Below, piece after piece: positions 40,882-52,734 of a DNA stretch of 58,276 bases. The DNA comes from an uncultured Clostridium sp. (GTDB taxonomy: Bacteria; Bacillota; Clostridia; TANB77; CAG-508), in contig CAOJFV010000004.1 of the NCBI GenBank assembly GCA_948434985.1, forward strand, positions 1 to 58,276. The letters are read 5' to 3'. Positions within the stretch are counted from its first letter, which is position 1. Each line of letters starts with the position of its first letter. Position numbers and translations under genes: made by a program. The notes under the pieces were generated by a model. It made no database searches and was not told the origin of the DNA. It saw only the letters and a list, made by a program, of their open reading frames with translations.

Positions 40882-42462
40882 AAAAAACAAAACTAGAAAA
40901 TGTAATTATAATAGCAATATTTATACTTATAATATTCATACAAACATTAGCTGTTATATATGCCACAAGTAAAAGAGAATATTATCACATTGATGAATAT
41001 TATTCATATGGTTTAATGCGGATATAAAAGAGCTTTTATATATGAAAATGAAGATTTTTTAGACAATTGGCATAATGAAGAATATTATAAAGACTATTTA
41101 GTAATAAATGAAAACGAAAAGAATGATTTTAGTAGTGTATATAAAAATCAAATAGAAGATGTACATCCGCCACTATACTATTTACTATTACGTATTGTAT
41201 GTAATTTTAATATAGGTGAATTTTCTATATGGGCAGGAACAATACTTAATATAATAATCTTTATAATAGCAAGTATATTTCTGTTTTTAATAGCAAAAGA
41301 AATATTTAAAAGTCCATACTATGCATTACTAGTGTGTTTTATTTCTGGTTTTTCACTATCAATTATAGAAACAGTTATGTATGTAAGAATGTATGAACTG
41401 TTAGTTTTAAATATACTAATGCTAATATACTGGCACATACGAAAAAGCGAGATTAAACAATTAACATATAAAGACCTAATACCTTTATACTTTATGGTGA
41501 TTGTAGGCTTTTTGACACATTATTACTATTGTGTAATAGTTACTATATTATTTTTGGTATATTTGATAAAATATATAAAACAAAAACAATTAAACAATGT
41601 AATTTTGTATATAATAACATTAATAGCATCAGCACTAACTGGAATAATAATATTTCCATATTCAATACAACATATATTTTTCAGTTATAGAGGAGAAGGG
41701 ATTAAGACAAGCTTTTTTGAATTTGAAACTTTATTATCTAAAATTTTAGAAAATATTAGATTAATAAATAGTGAAATATTTAACAATTACACTTATATAA
41801 TAGTAATCTTAGCAATTTTAGTATGTGTTTTATGGCTAATTACTAAAAAGAAAACAGATAAAAAAGAACGAAATGATAAGATAAAATATATTACAATACC
41901 TATGGCTATATATTTAGGGGTTTCTATAATTTGTTCACCATATATAGATTTAAGATATCTAATGCCAGTAATACCTCTTATATTTTGTTCGCTAATATAT
42001 GTGTTTTATGATATACTACAAGATATAACAAATAGTAAAAACACGTTTTTTATATTACTTGCAATATCAGTTTGTTTTGCGATTACTGTAATACCAAAGT
42101 TATCTAATAATTTATATACATACAAAGGACAAGGAAAAATATTGGAATATTTAGAAAACGAAATAAACAGTAAACCTATGGTGTATATATATGAAGATTA
42201 TTCTGCTGAGTATAATAAAACTATGGAATGCTATGAAGCTCTAACTAAAGTAGATAGAACTTATATAATGTCAAAAGACAAGTTTTCTATAAATAATTTT
42301 AAGAATGTAATAAAAGATGTAAATACAGAAAATGGAATTGTTATAATGATGCATTATGCATATGAAGAAGAAATTTTAGGAGAAATATTAAATCAAAAAA
42401 TGTATCAAGACGTAGAGATTGTTGGAATGCTTGGAAGATTTGTAATAATAGAATTAAAATAA
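40878..42462 (+). pseudogene. GT39/GT83 (PMT/ArnT-like) polytopic glycosyltransferase, interrupted as written by a +1 frame break at the in-frame CGG at 41019
   Basis: N-terminal segment MKKTKLEN...HIDEYYSYGLM (DE loop motif). The +1 frame continues GYKRAFIYE...DVHPPLYYLLL... into the 41332-42462 ORF with no stops. Confidence 0.7.
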
Positions 42463-42477
42463 AGGAGTTTATAATTA

Positions 42478-45201
42478 ATGGGAAGAATATTGCTAATTGA
42501 TGGAAACAGTATACTAAACAGAGCATTTTATGGAATAATGGGAAATAAAATGTTAATGACAGAAGATGGAACTTATACAAATGCTGTATATGGTTTTTTA
42601 AGTATTCTATTTAAAACAGAAGAAGAATTAAAACCAGAATATATTGTAGTCGCATTTGATAAAAAAGGACCAACTAAAAGACACGAAATGTATAAAAAGT
42701 ATAAAGCAAATAGAAAAGGTATGCCAGAAGAATTAGCAGGGCAAATGCCAATAATAAAAGAAATATTACAAGCAATGAACATTAAGATTATAGAAAAAGA
42801 AGGATATGAAGGAGACGATATTATTGGAACTCTATCTAGATTTGGAGAGAAAAATGGACTAGATGTAACAATTCTTTCAGGAGATAGAGATAATTTTCAA
42901 CTTGCAACTGATAGAGTAACAATTGAAATACCAAGAACTAAAGCTGGAAAAACAGAAACAGATTATTATGATAGAAAAAAAGTGATAGAAGAATATGGTT
43001 TAGAGCCATATCAATTAATACAGGTAAAAGGATTAATGGGAGATACATCTGATAATATTCCAGGGGTACCAGGAGTAGGAGAAAAAACAGCATTAGGGTT
43101 AATTAAAGAATATACAGATATCGATAACTTATATAGCAAAATAGAAGCTGGAGAAGACAACATCAAGGGAAAATTAAGAGAGAAATTAGTAGAAAATAAA
43201 GAACTTGCAATACTATCACGAGAACTTGGAAGAATAAACATAGACTCTCCAATAGAAGAAAACCTAGATGAAATGAAAAAAGAAGAATGGGATAAAGAAA
43301 AAGTATTAGAGCTATTTAAGAAGTATAGATTTAATAGATATATTGAACGTTTTTCTTTACAAGGAGAACAAAGTATAAAAGAAGATGAACAAAATACAAA
43401 TTTTGAAATAAAAGAAATAAAGACTGAGGAAGAGTTACAAAATCTAATAGAAATTTTACAAAAAGAGGACAAGATAATTTACTATTTTGGACTAAAAGAT
43501 GCAAAAGATAATATAGAGTATATTATTAAAGAACAAATAGTAAGCATTAGTATATGTGTAAATGATATAGTATATTATTATGAATTTGAACAAAAACAAG
43601 AAGAATTTGTAAAATATTTTAAAATGGTACTTGAAGAAAAAGAGCTTGTCGGATATGAATTATCAAAAGATTATATTTTACTAAAACAAATAGGAATTAC
43701 ACCAAAACATTTTAAATTTGATGTAAAGATTGCAGCATATTTATTAAATCCAGTATCTTCAAAGTATCCATTAGATGGACTTAGCATAACATATGCTGGA
43801 ATTGATACTTTAGAATATTTAAAACAAAATGGAGTAAAAGAAGAAAAACAACAATTGAATTTGTTTGAAACAAATGAAGAAAGTGATTTGGGTTCAAAAC
43901 AAAAACAAGAAGGTATTATATATGCTTATGCTATATCAAAACTAGAACAAACTTTACAAGAAAAATTAACTAAAGAAGATACTATTAAGCTATTTAATGA
44001 TATTGAAATGCCACTTGTAAAAGTGCTAGCTGATATGCAATATCAAGGTATGAAAGTTAATAAAGAAGAATTAATCAGTTATGGAAATGTTTTAAAAGAG
44101 GAACTAGAAGAATTAACAAAAGAGATTTATGAATTGGTTGGAGAAGAATTTAATATAAATTCACCAAAACAATTAGGAGAAATTCTATTTGATAAGCTAA
44201 AATTACCATATGCAAAAAAGACGAAAAGCGGATATTCAACAGATGTCGATGCTTTAGAAAAAATAAAAGATGAGCACCCAGTTGTTTCTAAAATATTAGA
44301 TTATCGTGCGATAGCGAAGTTAAATTCTACATATGTGGAAGGACTACTTCCATATATTAATGAAAGTGATGAAAAAATTCATTCGTATTTTCATCAAACT
44401 GTAACAGCAACTGGTAGAATAAGCTCAACAGAACCTAACTTGCAAAATATTCCAACAAGGCAAGAAGCGGGAAAGAAGATAAGAAAAGCATTTAAACCAA
44501 GTGAAGGATGCATATTCTTAGATGCAGACTATTCACAAATTGAGTTAAGAGTCCTTGCTCATATTTCTGAAGATGAACATATGATAGAAGCGTTTATAAA
44601 TGATGAAGATATTCATAAACAAGCAGCATCTAAAGTATTAAATATTCCAATAGAGGAAGTAACACATGAACAAAGATCTAATGCAAAAGCAGTTAATTTT
44701 GGTATTGTTTATGGAATTAGTGATTTTGGACTAGCAGGGCAACTTGGAATATCAAGAAAAGAAGCAAAAGTATATATAGATCAATACTTAGAAAAGTATA
44801 GTGGAATTAAGAAATTTATGGATACAATTGTAGAAGAGGCAAAAGAAAAGGGATATGTAGAAACTTTATTTTCTAGAAAAAGACAAATTCCAGAGTTAAA
44901 ATCTTCAAACTATATGGTAAGACAATTTGGAGCAAGAGCTGCAATGAACACTCCAATACAAGGAACAGCAGCAGATATTATGAAAATTGCTATGATTCAG
45001 GTGTTTAAAAGATTAGAAGAAGCGGGATTAAAATCAAAATTAGTTTTACAAGTTCATGATGAGTTAATAATTGATACAGTTATAGAGGAAAAAGAGCAAG
45101 TAAAAGAAATCTTAAAAACTTCAATGGAAGGTGCAATAAAACTAAAAATACCATTAAAAGTAGAATTAGGAGAAGCAAAAGATTGGTATGATGCAAAATA
45201 A
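42478..45201 (+). CDS. polA: DNA polymerase I
   Basis: 5' nuclease N-terminus (LIDGNSILNRAFY, GDRD, SDNIPGVPGVGEKTA). Polymerase motifs DYSQIELRVLAH, RSNAKAVNFGIVYG, QVHDEL. Confidence 0.97.
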   Translation: MGRILLIDGNSILNRAFYGIMGNKMLMTEDGTYTNAVYGFLSILFKTEEELKPEYIVVAFDKKGPTKRHEMYKKYKANRKGMPEELAGQMPIIKEILQAMNIKIIEKEGYEGDDIIGTLSRFGEKNGLDVTILSGDRDNFQLATDRVTIEIPRTKAGKTETDYYDRKKVIEEYGLEPYQLIQVKGLMGDTSDNIPGVPGVGEKTALGLIKEYTDIDNLYSKIEAGEDNIKGKLREKLVENKELAILSRELGRINIDSPIEENLDEMKKEEWDKEKVLELFKKYRFNRYIERFSLQGEQSIKEDEQNTNFEIKEIKTEEELQNLIEILQKEDKIIYYFGLKDAKDNIEYIIKEQIVSISICVNDIVYYYEFEQKQEEFVKYFKMVLEEKELVGYELSKDYILLKQIGITPKHFKFDVKIAAYLLNPVSSKYPLDGLSITYAGIDTLEYLKQNGVKEEKQQLNLFETNEESDLGSKQKQEGIIYAYAISKLEQTLQEKLTKEDTIKLFNDIEMPLVKVLADMQYQGMKVNKEELISYGNVLKEELEELTKEIYELVGEEFNINSPKQLGEILFDKLKLPYAKKTKSGYSTDVDALEKIKDEHPVVSKILDYRAIAKLNSTYVEGLLPYINESDEKIHSYFHQTVTATGRISSTEPNLQNIPTRQEAGKKIRKAFKPSEGCIFLDADYSQIELRVLAHISEDEHMIEAFINDEDIHKQAASKVLNIPIEEVTHEQRSNAKAVNFGIVYGISDFGLAGQLGISRKEAKVYIDQYLEKYSGIKKFMDTIVEEAKEKGYVETLFSRKRQIPELKSSNYMVRQFGARAAMNTPIQGTAADIMKIAMIQVFKRLEEAGLKSKLVLQVHDELIIDTVIEEKEQVKEILKTSMEGAIKLKIPLKVELGEAKDWYDAK

Positions 45202-45790
45202 AAAGATAGGAGAGAAAAGTTTGCAAAAGAAAATTATAAAAATAACAACTATATTAACAATAATAATATTAGTAGTGATACTATTGTTTAGTGTGTTTAA
45301 AATTCAAAACATAGTATTAAAGAAAATATACCCAACAACATACTCAGAATATGTATATAAATATGCAAAAGAATATAATGTAGACCCAGTACTTATATTT
45401 GCAATAATAAAAGCTGAAAGTAACTTCAATCCAAATGTAGTATCTTCAAGTAATGCTATAGGCCTTATGCAGTTAATGGATGCAACAGCAGAAGAAATTG
45501 CAAGAAGTTTAGACATTAATTTTGTAAAAGGAAAATCGTTATATAATACAGAACTAAATATACAACTTGGAACAAAATACTTTTCAAACCTAATGAAAGA
45601 ATATAACAATAATTATTTATTAGCATTAACAGCTTATAATGCTGGAATTGGTAATGTGGGAAGATGGATAGAACAAGGTATAATACAGGCAGATGGTAGT
45701 GATATAGAAAATATACCTTTTAAAGAAACAAATAATTATGTAAGAAAGATTTTAAGAGATTACAAGATATATAAGGAACTTTACAAATAA
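45188..45790 (+). CDS. Membrane-anchored lytic transglycosylase (SLT domain)
   Basis: AIIKAESNFNPNVVSSSNAIGLMQLM and AYNAG motifs; N-terminal TM helix. Confidence 0.85.
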   Translation: MMQNKKIGEKSLQKKIIKITTILTIIILVVILLFSVFKIQNIVLKKIYPTTYSEYVYKYAKEYNVDPVLIFAIIKAESNFNPNVVSSSNAIGLMQLMDATAEEIARSLDINFVKGKSLYNTELNIQLGTKYFSNLMKEYNNNYLLALTAYNAGIGNVGRWIEQGIIQADGSDIENIPFKETNNYVRKILRDYKIYKELYK

Positions 45791-45833
45791 TACTAATTGA
45801 TATATAATAACAAAAACAAAAGGGGGGTAATAT

Positions 45834-46835
45834 ATGTCAGTTTTAGTTACAGGTGGAGCAGGTTATATAGGAAGTCATACAGTAGTTGAATTATTAAACA
45901 GTGGAAAAGATGTTGTTATAATAGATAATTTTTCAAACAGTAAATCTGATGTATTAGATAAAATTAAAGAGATTACAGGGAAAGATTTTAAGTTTTATGA
46001 GATAGATTATTTAGATAGACAAGCTTTAGAAAAAGTATTTGAAGAAAATGAAATAGAAGCAGTTTTAAACTTTGCAGGGTTTAAAGCAGTTGGAGAATCT
46101 GTTGCAAAGCCAATAGATTATTATACAAACAATGTTTCAGGAGCATTAGTATTATTAGACACTATGAAAAAATATGGTGTAAAAACTTTTGTATTTAGTT
46201 CATCAGCAACAGTATATGGAGATCCAGAGATAATACCAATTACAGAAGACTGTAAAACTGGTGGAACAACAAATCCATATGGAACATCAAAATTATTTAT
46301 TGAACAAATTTTAAAAGATATTTATACATCAGATCCAACTTGGAACATATGTATATTAAGATATTTTAATCCAGTAGGAGCGCATCAAAGTGGATTAATA
46401 GGGGAAGAACCACAAGGAATACCAAATAATTTAATGCCATATATTGTAAGAGTTGCAAATGGTACATTAAAAGAATTATCAGTATTTGGAGATGACTATA
46501 ATACAAAAGATGGAACAGGTGTAAGAGATTATATTCACGTAGTAGACTTAGCAATTGGACATATAAAAGCATTAGAAAAATTAGAAAAAGAGAAAAAAGG
46601 ACTATTTATTTATAATCTTGGTACAGGAAACGGATATAGTGTACTAGATATGGTAAAATCTTTTGAAAAAGCTACAGGAAAGAAAGTAGCATACAAAATT
46701 GCACCACGTAGACCAGGAGATATAGCAACTTGTTATGCAGACCCTAAAAAAGCATACGAAGAATTAGCTTGGAAAGCAAATTTTGGAATAGATGAAATGT
46801 GTAGAGATTCTTGGAATTATATAAATGGGAAATAA
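45834..46835 (+). CDS. galE: UDP-glucose 4-epimerase
   Basis: [24 protein letters not shown] and RYFNPVGAH motifs. Confidence 0.95.
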   Translation: MSVLVTGGAGYIGSHTVVELLNSGKDVVIIDNFSNSKSDVLDKIKEITGKDFKFYEIDYLDRQALEKVFEENEIEAVLNFAGFKAVGESVAKPIDYYTNNVSGALVLLDTMKKYGVKTFVFSSSATVYGDPEIIPITEDCKTGGTTNPYGTSKLFIEQILKDIYTSDPTWNICILRYFNPVGAHQSGLIGEEPQGIPNNLMPYIVRVANGTLKELSVFGDDYNTKDGTGVRDYIHVVDLAIGHIKALEKLEKEKKGLFIYNLGTGNGYSVLDMVKSFEKATGKKVAYKIAPRRPGDIATCYADPKKAYEELAWKANFGIDEMCRDSWNYINGK

Positions 46836-46871
46836 AAATTGGTAGTTGCAAATTTTGCAACTACCAATTTT
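46835..46871 (+). terminator. Terminator after galE
   Basis: Perfect 17-bp palindrome aaattggtagttgcaaa / tttgcaactaccaattt followed by tt. Confidence 0.7.
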
Positions 46872-46983
46872 TATACAACGATATATAAAATTTACCAAAA
46901 ATTCACAAAAATCTGCTTTCAACTAGTTTACATATTGCAAAAAAGTTGCTATAATAGAAAATATGTAAAAAAGGGGAAAATAA

Positions 46984-47853
46984 ATGGAAGAAATAATGGA
47001 AAAAGTAGATGAAGTAAAAGAAGTAGAAAAGCAAAAAGAAGAGATACATAAAGAAAAGAAAAAAATTACTATTATGGGAATAAGTATATGGCGAATGCTT
47101 GCATATTTTATTATTTATAGTGTAGTTGGATTTATTATTGAAACAGCATTTGGATTTGTTACAAAAGGTGTTATAGAAAGTAGAAAGAGTTTTTTATATG
47201 GACCATTTTGTGCTATTTATGGTGTTGGGGCAGTAATTATGATTCCATTACTTCAACGTTTTAAGAAGAACAATTATACTTTGTTTTTTGGCGGATTTGT
47301 TATTGGATCTTGTGTTGAATATATAATTAGCCTTATTGGTGAATTCATATTCCATATTAAATGGTGGGATTATTCTGATATGGCATTTAATATAAATGGA
47401 AGAATATGTATTGCATTTTCTTTCTTTTGGGGAATTTTAGCAATATATTTAATGAGTCATTTTAATCCAATGATAGATAAAATCATTAACAAAATAAAAG
47501 AAAAAGTATCAATAAAAGTTTTAAAAACAGCTTGTGTAACTATGATTTTATTACTATTTATAGACTTTTTGATAACTAGTTTTGCACTAAAGATGTTTTT
47601 TACTAGATTAGTAATAAAATATGATTTAGAATTACAGGATTATGATGAATATATATTTGAATGTGCAGAAATTTACAAAAATGAAGATATTAAAAACTTT
47701 ACATTAAAATATTTTTCAGATGAAAAAATGTTAAAAACATTTCCAAATATAAAATTGACAGGAAAAGATGGAAATATAATATTTGTTAAAGACATATTAA
47801 GCGATATACAACCATACTATATAGAAGTGTTTACACCAATACGAGGAAAATAA
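46984..47853 (+). CDS. Membrane protein of the 'putative ABC-transporter type IV' (DUF1113/PF06541-like) family
   Basis: FIIYSVVGFIIETAFG...LYGPF..IYGVGAV pattern; about 6 TM helices. Confidence 0.45.
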   Translation: MEEIMEKVDEVKEVEKQKEEIHKEKKKITIMGISIWRMLAYFIIYSVVGFIIETAFGFVTKGVIESRKSFLYGPFCAIYGVGAVIMIPLLQRFKKNNYTLFFGGFVIGSCVEYIISLIGEFIFHIKWWDYSDMAFNINGRICIAFSFFWGILAIYLMSHFNPMIDKIINKIKEKVSIKVLKTACVTMILLLFIDFLITSFALKMFFTRLVIKYDLELQDYDEYIFECAEIYKNEDIKNFTLKYFSDEKMLKTFPNIKLTGKDGNIIFVKDILSDIQPYYIEVFTPIRGK

Positions 47854-47879
47854 ATTTATAAAAAGGATGTTGAATAAAA

Positions 47880-50800
47880 ATGATTTCAAATTATAGTGTT
47901 AAAAAACCATTTACTGTATTTGTTGCAGTAATACTAATTATTATTTTAGGAGTAATTTCATTTACAAGTATGACAACAGACCTGTTACCCAAAATGGATT
48001 TACCATATGCGATTATTATGACTACATATGTAGGAGCAAGTCCTGAAAAAGTAGAAAGTGTTGTTACAAAACCATTAGAGCAAACTATGTCTACAATAAA
48101 TAACATTAAAAATGTGTCTTCTATATCAAGTGAAAACTCTTCAGTGGTTATATTAGAGTTTTCAAATGATGTAAATATGGACTCAGCATTAATTGAGATA
48201 AATTCTAAACTGGATTTAATAAAAGCTGCATGGAATGATGATATGATAGGTTCGCCTATGGTATCCAAAATAAATCCAAATATGATGCCTATTATGCTTA
48301 CAGCAGTTGATGTTCAAGGTATGGGTAATGCAGAAGTTTCAGACTTTGTAAGTAATAAAATAACACCAGAACTTGAAAGAATAGATGGAGTGGCAAGTGT
48401 AAGTGCTACTGGGTTACTAGAAGAACAAATAAAAGTTAATTTAAACCAAAATAAAATAGATGATATAAATAAAAAGATTTTAGATAGTGTAAATGATAAA
48501 TTATCCAAAACTCAGGCTGAATTAAACACAGCAAAAAGTAAATTAAATGAAGGAAAAGAAACATTAAAAAAACAATCTAATGAACAAACATCAAAGTTGA
48601 TAGATGGTCTAAGTGCTATAAAAGCAGGCAGTGCTAAAATAGAGTCAGCAAAAAGTGAAATTAAAGCAAAGGAACAAGGACTAGAAATCACTAAAAGTAC
48701 TCTAACTACAACAATAAAAGGAATGAATACTTTACTTAGAGATTTAAATAAAGAAAAAGCAGAAATTCTTAAATTAGGAGATAATTTAACAGATGAGCAA
48801 AAAGTAAAATTAGAAGCATTAAATAGCAGTATATCAAAAACAGAAGAACTAAAAAAAGAGACAAATGCTAAACTTCAAGAAGTTAATTTTGGATTAGACC
48901 AAATATCTGTAGCAAAAATAGAATTAGACAAACAAAAAGAAGTTCTTTTGGAACAAGAAAAAGAATTAGAAATAGCAAAAGTAACACTAACTACTGAACT
49001 TAGTAAAGCGGAAGCGACAATTGCTACAAGTGAAACAGAATTAAATAATGGAATTAAGCAATTTGAAGATGCAAGAGATCAAGCTTTAAAAAGTGCATCA
49101 ATAGATGGAATTATAACTATTGATATGATTTCTAATATATTAAAGGCTGAAAACTTTTCAATGCCAGCAGGATATATAGAAACTGCAAATGATAAAATGA
49201 TTATCAAAGTTGGAGAAAAGTTTAATGATATAGAAGAAGTTAAAAATTTAAGAATACTATCATTTGATATAGAAGGACTTGAAAATATTACTTTAAATGA
49301 TTTAGCAGACATAGAATTTACAGATAATTCAAATGAAATTTATGCAAAAGTAAATGGGAATAATGGTATTGTTTTAACATTCCAAAAACAAAGTACAGCA
49401 TCAACAGCAGATGTTTGTAAAGATATAGAAAATAAAATGGATAAGTTAGAAACACAAAATGAAAACTTAAGATTTACAACACTTATGAACCAAGGCATTT
49501 ACATAGATATTATTATAAACTCGGTGTTAGATAACTTAGTTTATGGAGGAATACTTGCAGTTATAATTTTATTTGTATTCTTAAAAGATTATAAGCCAAC
49601 TCTTATAATAGCTTTATCTATTCCAATAAGTTTAACATTTGCAATAGCACTTATGTATTTTACAGGAGTAACAGTAAATATTATATCGCTATCAGGTCTT
49701 GCATTAGGTGTAGGAATGCTTGTAGACAACTCTATTGTTGTTATCGAAAATATATATAGATTACGTAAAAATGGTGAAAGTGTAAAAGTAGCTGCAATTC
49801 AAGGTGCGTCAAGTGTTGCGGGTGCTATTACATCATCAACATTAACCACTGTATGTGTATTTTTACCAATTATATTTATACAAGGTATATCAAGACAATT
49901 ATTTACAGATATGGGATTAACAATTGCTTATTCATTGCTTGCAAGTTTAATTGTAGCAATAACATTAGTACCAGCAATGGCTTCAAAAATGTTTAAAGAA
50001 ACAAAAACAAAGAAGGATATTTTCTTTGATAAAATAATTGCAGTATACGAAAAAATATTAGGTGTTGCATTAAATCATAAAATAATAGTTGTAGTAACAG
50101 CATTAATATTACTTATAGGAAGTTTTATGCTTACAGGAATAATGGGAACAGCATTTATACCAAGTGTTGATGGTGAACAAATATCTATAACTATGGAAAC
50201 ACCAAAAGAAGTTACAAGTGAAGAAACAAAGAACATGGCAGATGAGATAATAGAAAAATTACTAACAATTGAAGAAATAGAAGAAATAGGTGCACTTGAT
50301 TCTGGAACAATGAGTTCTATATCAAGTCTTTCAGGAGGAAATAGCAATTCGATTAGTATGTATGCAATTTTAAAAGAAGATAGAAAAGGAACTAATGCAG
50401 AAATTGCAAATAAAATTTATGAATTAACAAGTGGTATGAATTGTGAAATTTCAGTTAGTACTTCTGAAATGGATATGTCAGCTATGATGACATCTGGTGT
50501 ACAAATAGTGGTAAAAGGAACAGATATAGATAAATTACAAGAAATTGCAAAGGAAGTATCTGGGTTGTTAGAGGGAATAGATGGAATTGATAAAATAGAT
50601 TCTGGAGTAAGCGAAACCTCAAAAGAAACAAGAGTTGTTGTAGATAAAAACAAAGCAATGGAATATGGTTTAACTGTTGCACAAGTTTATTCTAAAGTAT
50701 CTAGTGAAATTTCTAATGAAAGTGAAGCAACAACTATTACAGTAGATAATAAAGATTATCCTATTATTGTAGTAAAACCAGAAGAGAAAAGAGTTACAAA

Positions 50801-51576
50801 CGAAAATTTAAGTGATATTATATTAGAAGGAAAGAAAAATAACGAAACTGTAGATGTTAAACTTTTGGATATAGCAACTATAGAAGAAAAAGATGGACTA
50901 AGTTCAATTTCACACGATAATGGAGAAAGATATGTTACAGTATCTGCTACTATAAAACAAGATGCAAATGTTGGAATTGTGGGAAGAGAGATAGAAAATA
51001 GAATAAATGACTATACTGCTCCAGATGGATATAGTGTAGAAATTCGGGGGAGAGAGTGAAACAATTAATCAATCTTTACAAGATTTAGTAAAAATGATTG
51101 CACTTGCAATAGTATTTATATATCTAATAATGGTGGCACAGTTCCAATCATTAAAATCACCTTTTATAGTAATGTTTACAATACCACTTGCATTTACAGG
51201 AGGATTATTTGCATTATTTATAACTGGATGTGAAATAAGTTTAATTGCAATGCTTGGTTTCTTAATGCTTGCAGGAATAGTAGTAAATAACGGAATAGTA
51301 TTTATAGACTATGCAAATAACCTAAGAAGAGAAAAAGGACTAAAAATACGTGAAGCTTTAATAGAAACAGGAAAAACAAGGTTAAGACCAATTCTTATGA
51401 CAGCTCTAACAACAATACTTGGATTATCAACAATGGCATTAGGCATAGGAACTGGTGCAGAAATGATACAACCACTAGGTATAGTAACAATAGGAGGCCT
51501 TGTATATGCAACACTTCTAACACTATTTGTAATTCCTTGTTTATATATGATGATGAATAGGGAGAAGAAAAAATAA
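47880..51576 (+). pseudogene. RND-family (AcrB/SwrC-like) efflux permease with an internal coiled-coil insert of about 220 aa, interrupted as written by a +1 frame break at the in-frame CGG at 51045
   Basis: N-terminus SVKKPFTVFVAVILIIILG. 12-TM RND layout. The C-terminal segment IALAIVFIYLIMVAQFQSLKSPFIVMFTIPLA continues in the +1 frame with no stops between 51046 and 51094. Confidence 0.85.
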
Positions 51577-51584
51577 TTTATTTA

Positions 51585-51620
51585 AAATAGAACAGTTATT
51601 TATTAACTGTTCTATTTTTA
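51585..51620 (+). terminator. Rho-independent terminator after the RND gene
   Basis: Stem aaatagaacagtta / taactgttctattt followed by a T run. Confidence 0.7.
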
Positions 51621-51746
51621 TGTATAGATAGTGTAGAGACATTAAATGCAAAGTTTATAAAAATTTATTTTACAAATTGACTTTTCATATAATGGTGTAT
51701 ATAATAGTTAATAGTGAAGAAGAATACAACTATAGGAGGATGAAAA

Positions 51747-51965
51747 ATGATAAAGACTTTAAATTTAAAGAATTCTAAAAACTTAATTGTTAGGTATATA
51801 AACAAAGAAATATTTTATAAGCATAAAAATTCTAAATATGATAAAGCTTATGAAAATTATATTTGTGAAGAAATAAGAAAAGCAGAAGAACAAATAAAAA
51901 ATGGTTCTAAATCTTATACAGAAGAAGAATTTTCTCAAGAAATGAGGCGAAGATTTGGAATTTAA
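51747..51965 (+). CDS. Putative type II antitoxin, paralog of 9903-10127
   Basis: Small ORF overlapping the toxin start, with C-terminal similarity to the other antitoxin. Confidence 0.5.
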   Translation: MIKTLNLKNSKNLIVRYINKEIFYKHKNSKYDKAYENYICEEIRKAEEQIKNGSKSYTEEEFSQEMRRRFGI

Positions 51966-52233
51966 AATAAAATATGAAACAAGTTTCTTGGGAGATATTG
52001 AAAAGTTAAATGAACATATAGGAAAAGATAGACTTACAAAATTAATAAAAAATTTTCATAGAAAAAAATCAATGTTGAAAAAGTTTCCAAGAATATATCA
52101 AAAATTAGAAATAGAATCATTGAAAAATCAAGAATATAGAAAAATTGTTTTAAATCAATATATAGTAATTTATAAAATTACTTCTAATCAAATTAGTTTT
52201 CTAAAAATTTTCCACAGAAAACAGATTACATAA
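51955..52233 (+). CDS. ParE/RelE-family type II toxin, paralog of 10111-10425
   Basis: YRKIVLNQYIVIYKITSNQISFLKIF parallels YRRIVHRKYIITYKIHKNQITVLRIV. TTG start overlaps the antitoxin stop. Confidence 0.55.
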   Translation: MEFKIKYETSFLGDIEKLNEHIGKDRLTKLIKNFHRKKSMLKKFPRIYQKLEIESLKNQEYRKIVLNQYIVIYKITSNQISFLKIFHRKQIT

Positions 52234-52304
52234 AAATTATAGAAAAATTATAGAAAAATTATAAAAAAGTGGCATTAATCTATTGACTTTTTACATATCA
52301 TATA

Positions 52305-52332
52305 TTAACATATGAACATACGTGCATATAAT
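52305..52332 (+). promoter_or_regulatory. Candidate cadC-cadA promoter (TTAACA-16-TATAAT) with an imperfect ArsR/SmtB-type inverted repeat
   Basis: TATGAACA-TA-CGTGCATA lies between the -35 and -10 elements; the two arms match at 6 of 8 positions. Confidence 0.35.
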
Positions 52333-52350
52333 ATATTAAGGAGGTAGTTT

Positions 52351-52734
52351 ATGGAGGATAAAGAGTTGGACTTTGTGTGTGGTGAAAATTGTCCACATTA
52401 TAAAAAAATAAATGAAGTAAAGAGTGTAGAACCAAATACTGAAGAAATTTTAAGTTTGGCTGATATGTTTAAATTATTTGCAGATAATACAAGACTTAGA
52501 ATTATTTGTAATATTTTAAATACAGAACTTTGTGTGTGTGATTTATGTGAGCTTTTGGGATTAAATCAATCAACAGTTTCACATCAATTACAATTACTTA
52601 GAAGTGCTAAACTTGTAAAATACAGAAGAGAAGGAAAGCAAGTATATTATAGTTTACAAGATGAGCATATTGAAAAGATTATATCTTTAAGCTTGGAACA
52701 TATATTAGAGGAGGGAAAAAGTTATGGCATGTAA
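52351..52734 (+). CDS. cadC: ArsR/SmtB-family metalloregulator (CadC-like)
   Basis: wHTH segment LCVCDLCELLGLNQSTVSHQLQLLRSAKLVKYRREGK with an N-terminal Cys pair. Overlaps the ATPase gene. Confidence 0.8.
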   Translation: MEDKELDFVCGENCPHYKKINEVKSVEPNTEEILSLADMFKLFADNTRLRIICNILNTELCVCDLCELLGLNQSTVSHQLQLLRSAKLVKYRREGKQVYYSLQDEHIEKIISLSLEHILEEGKSYGM

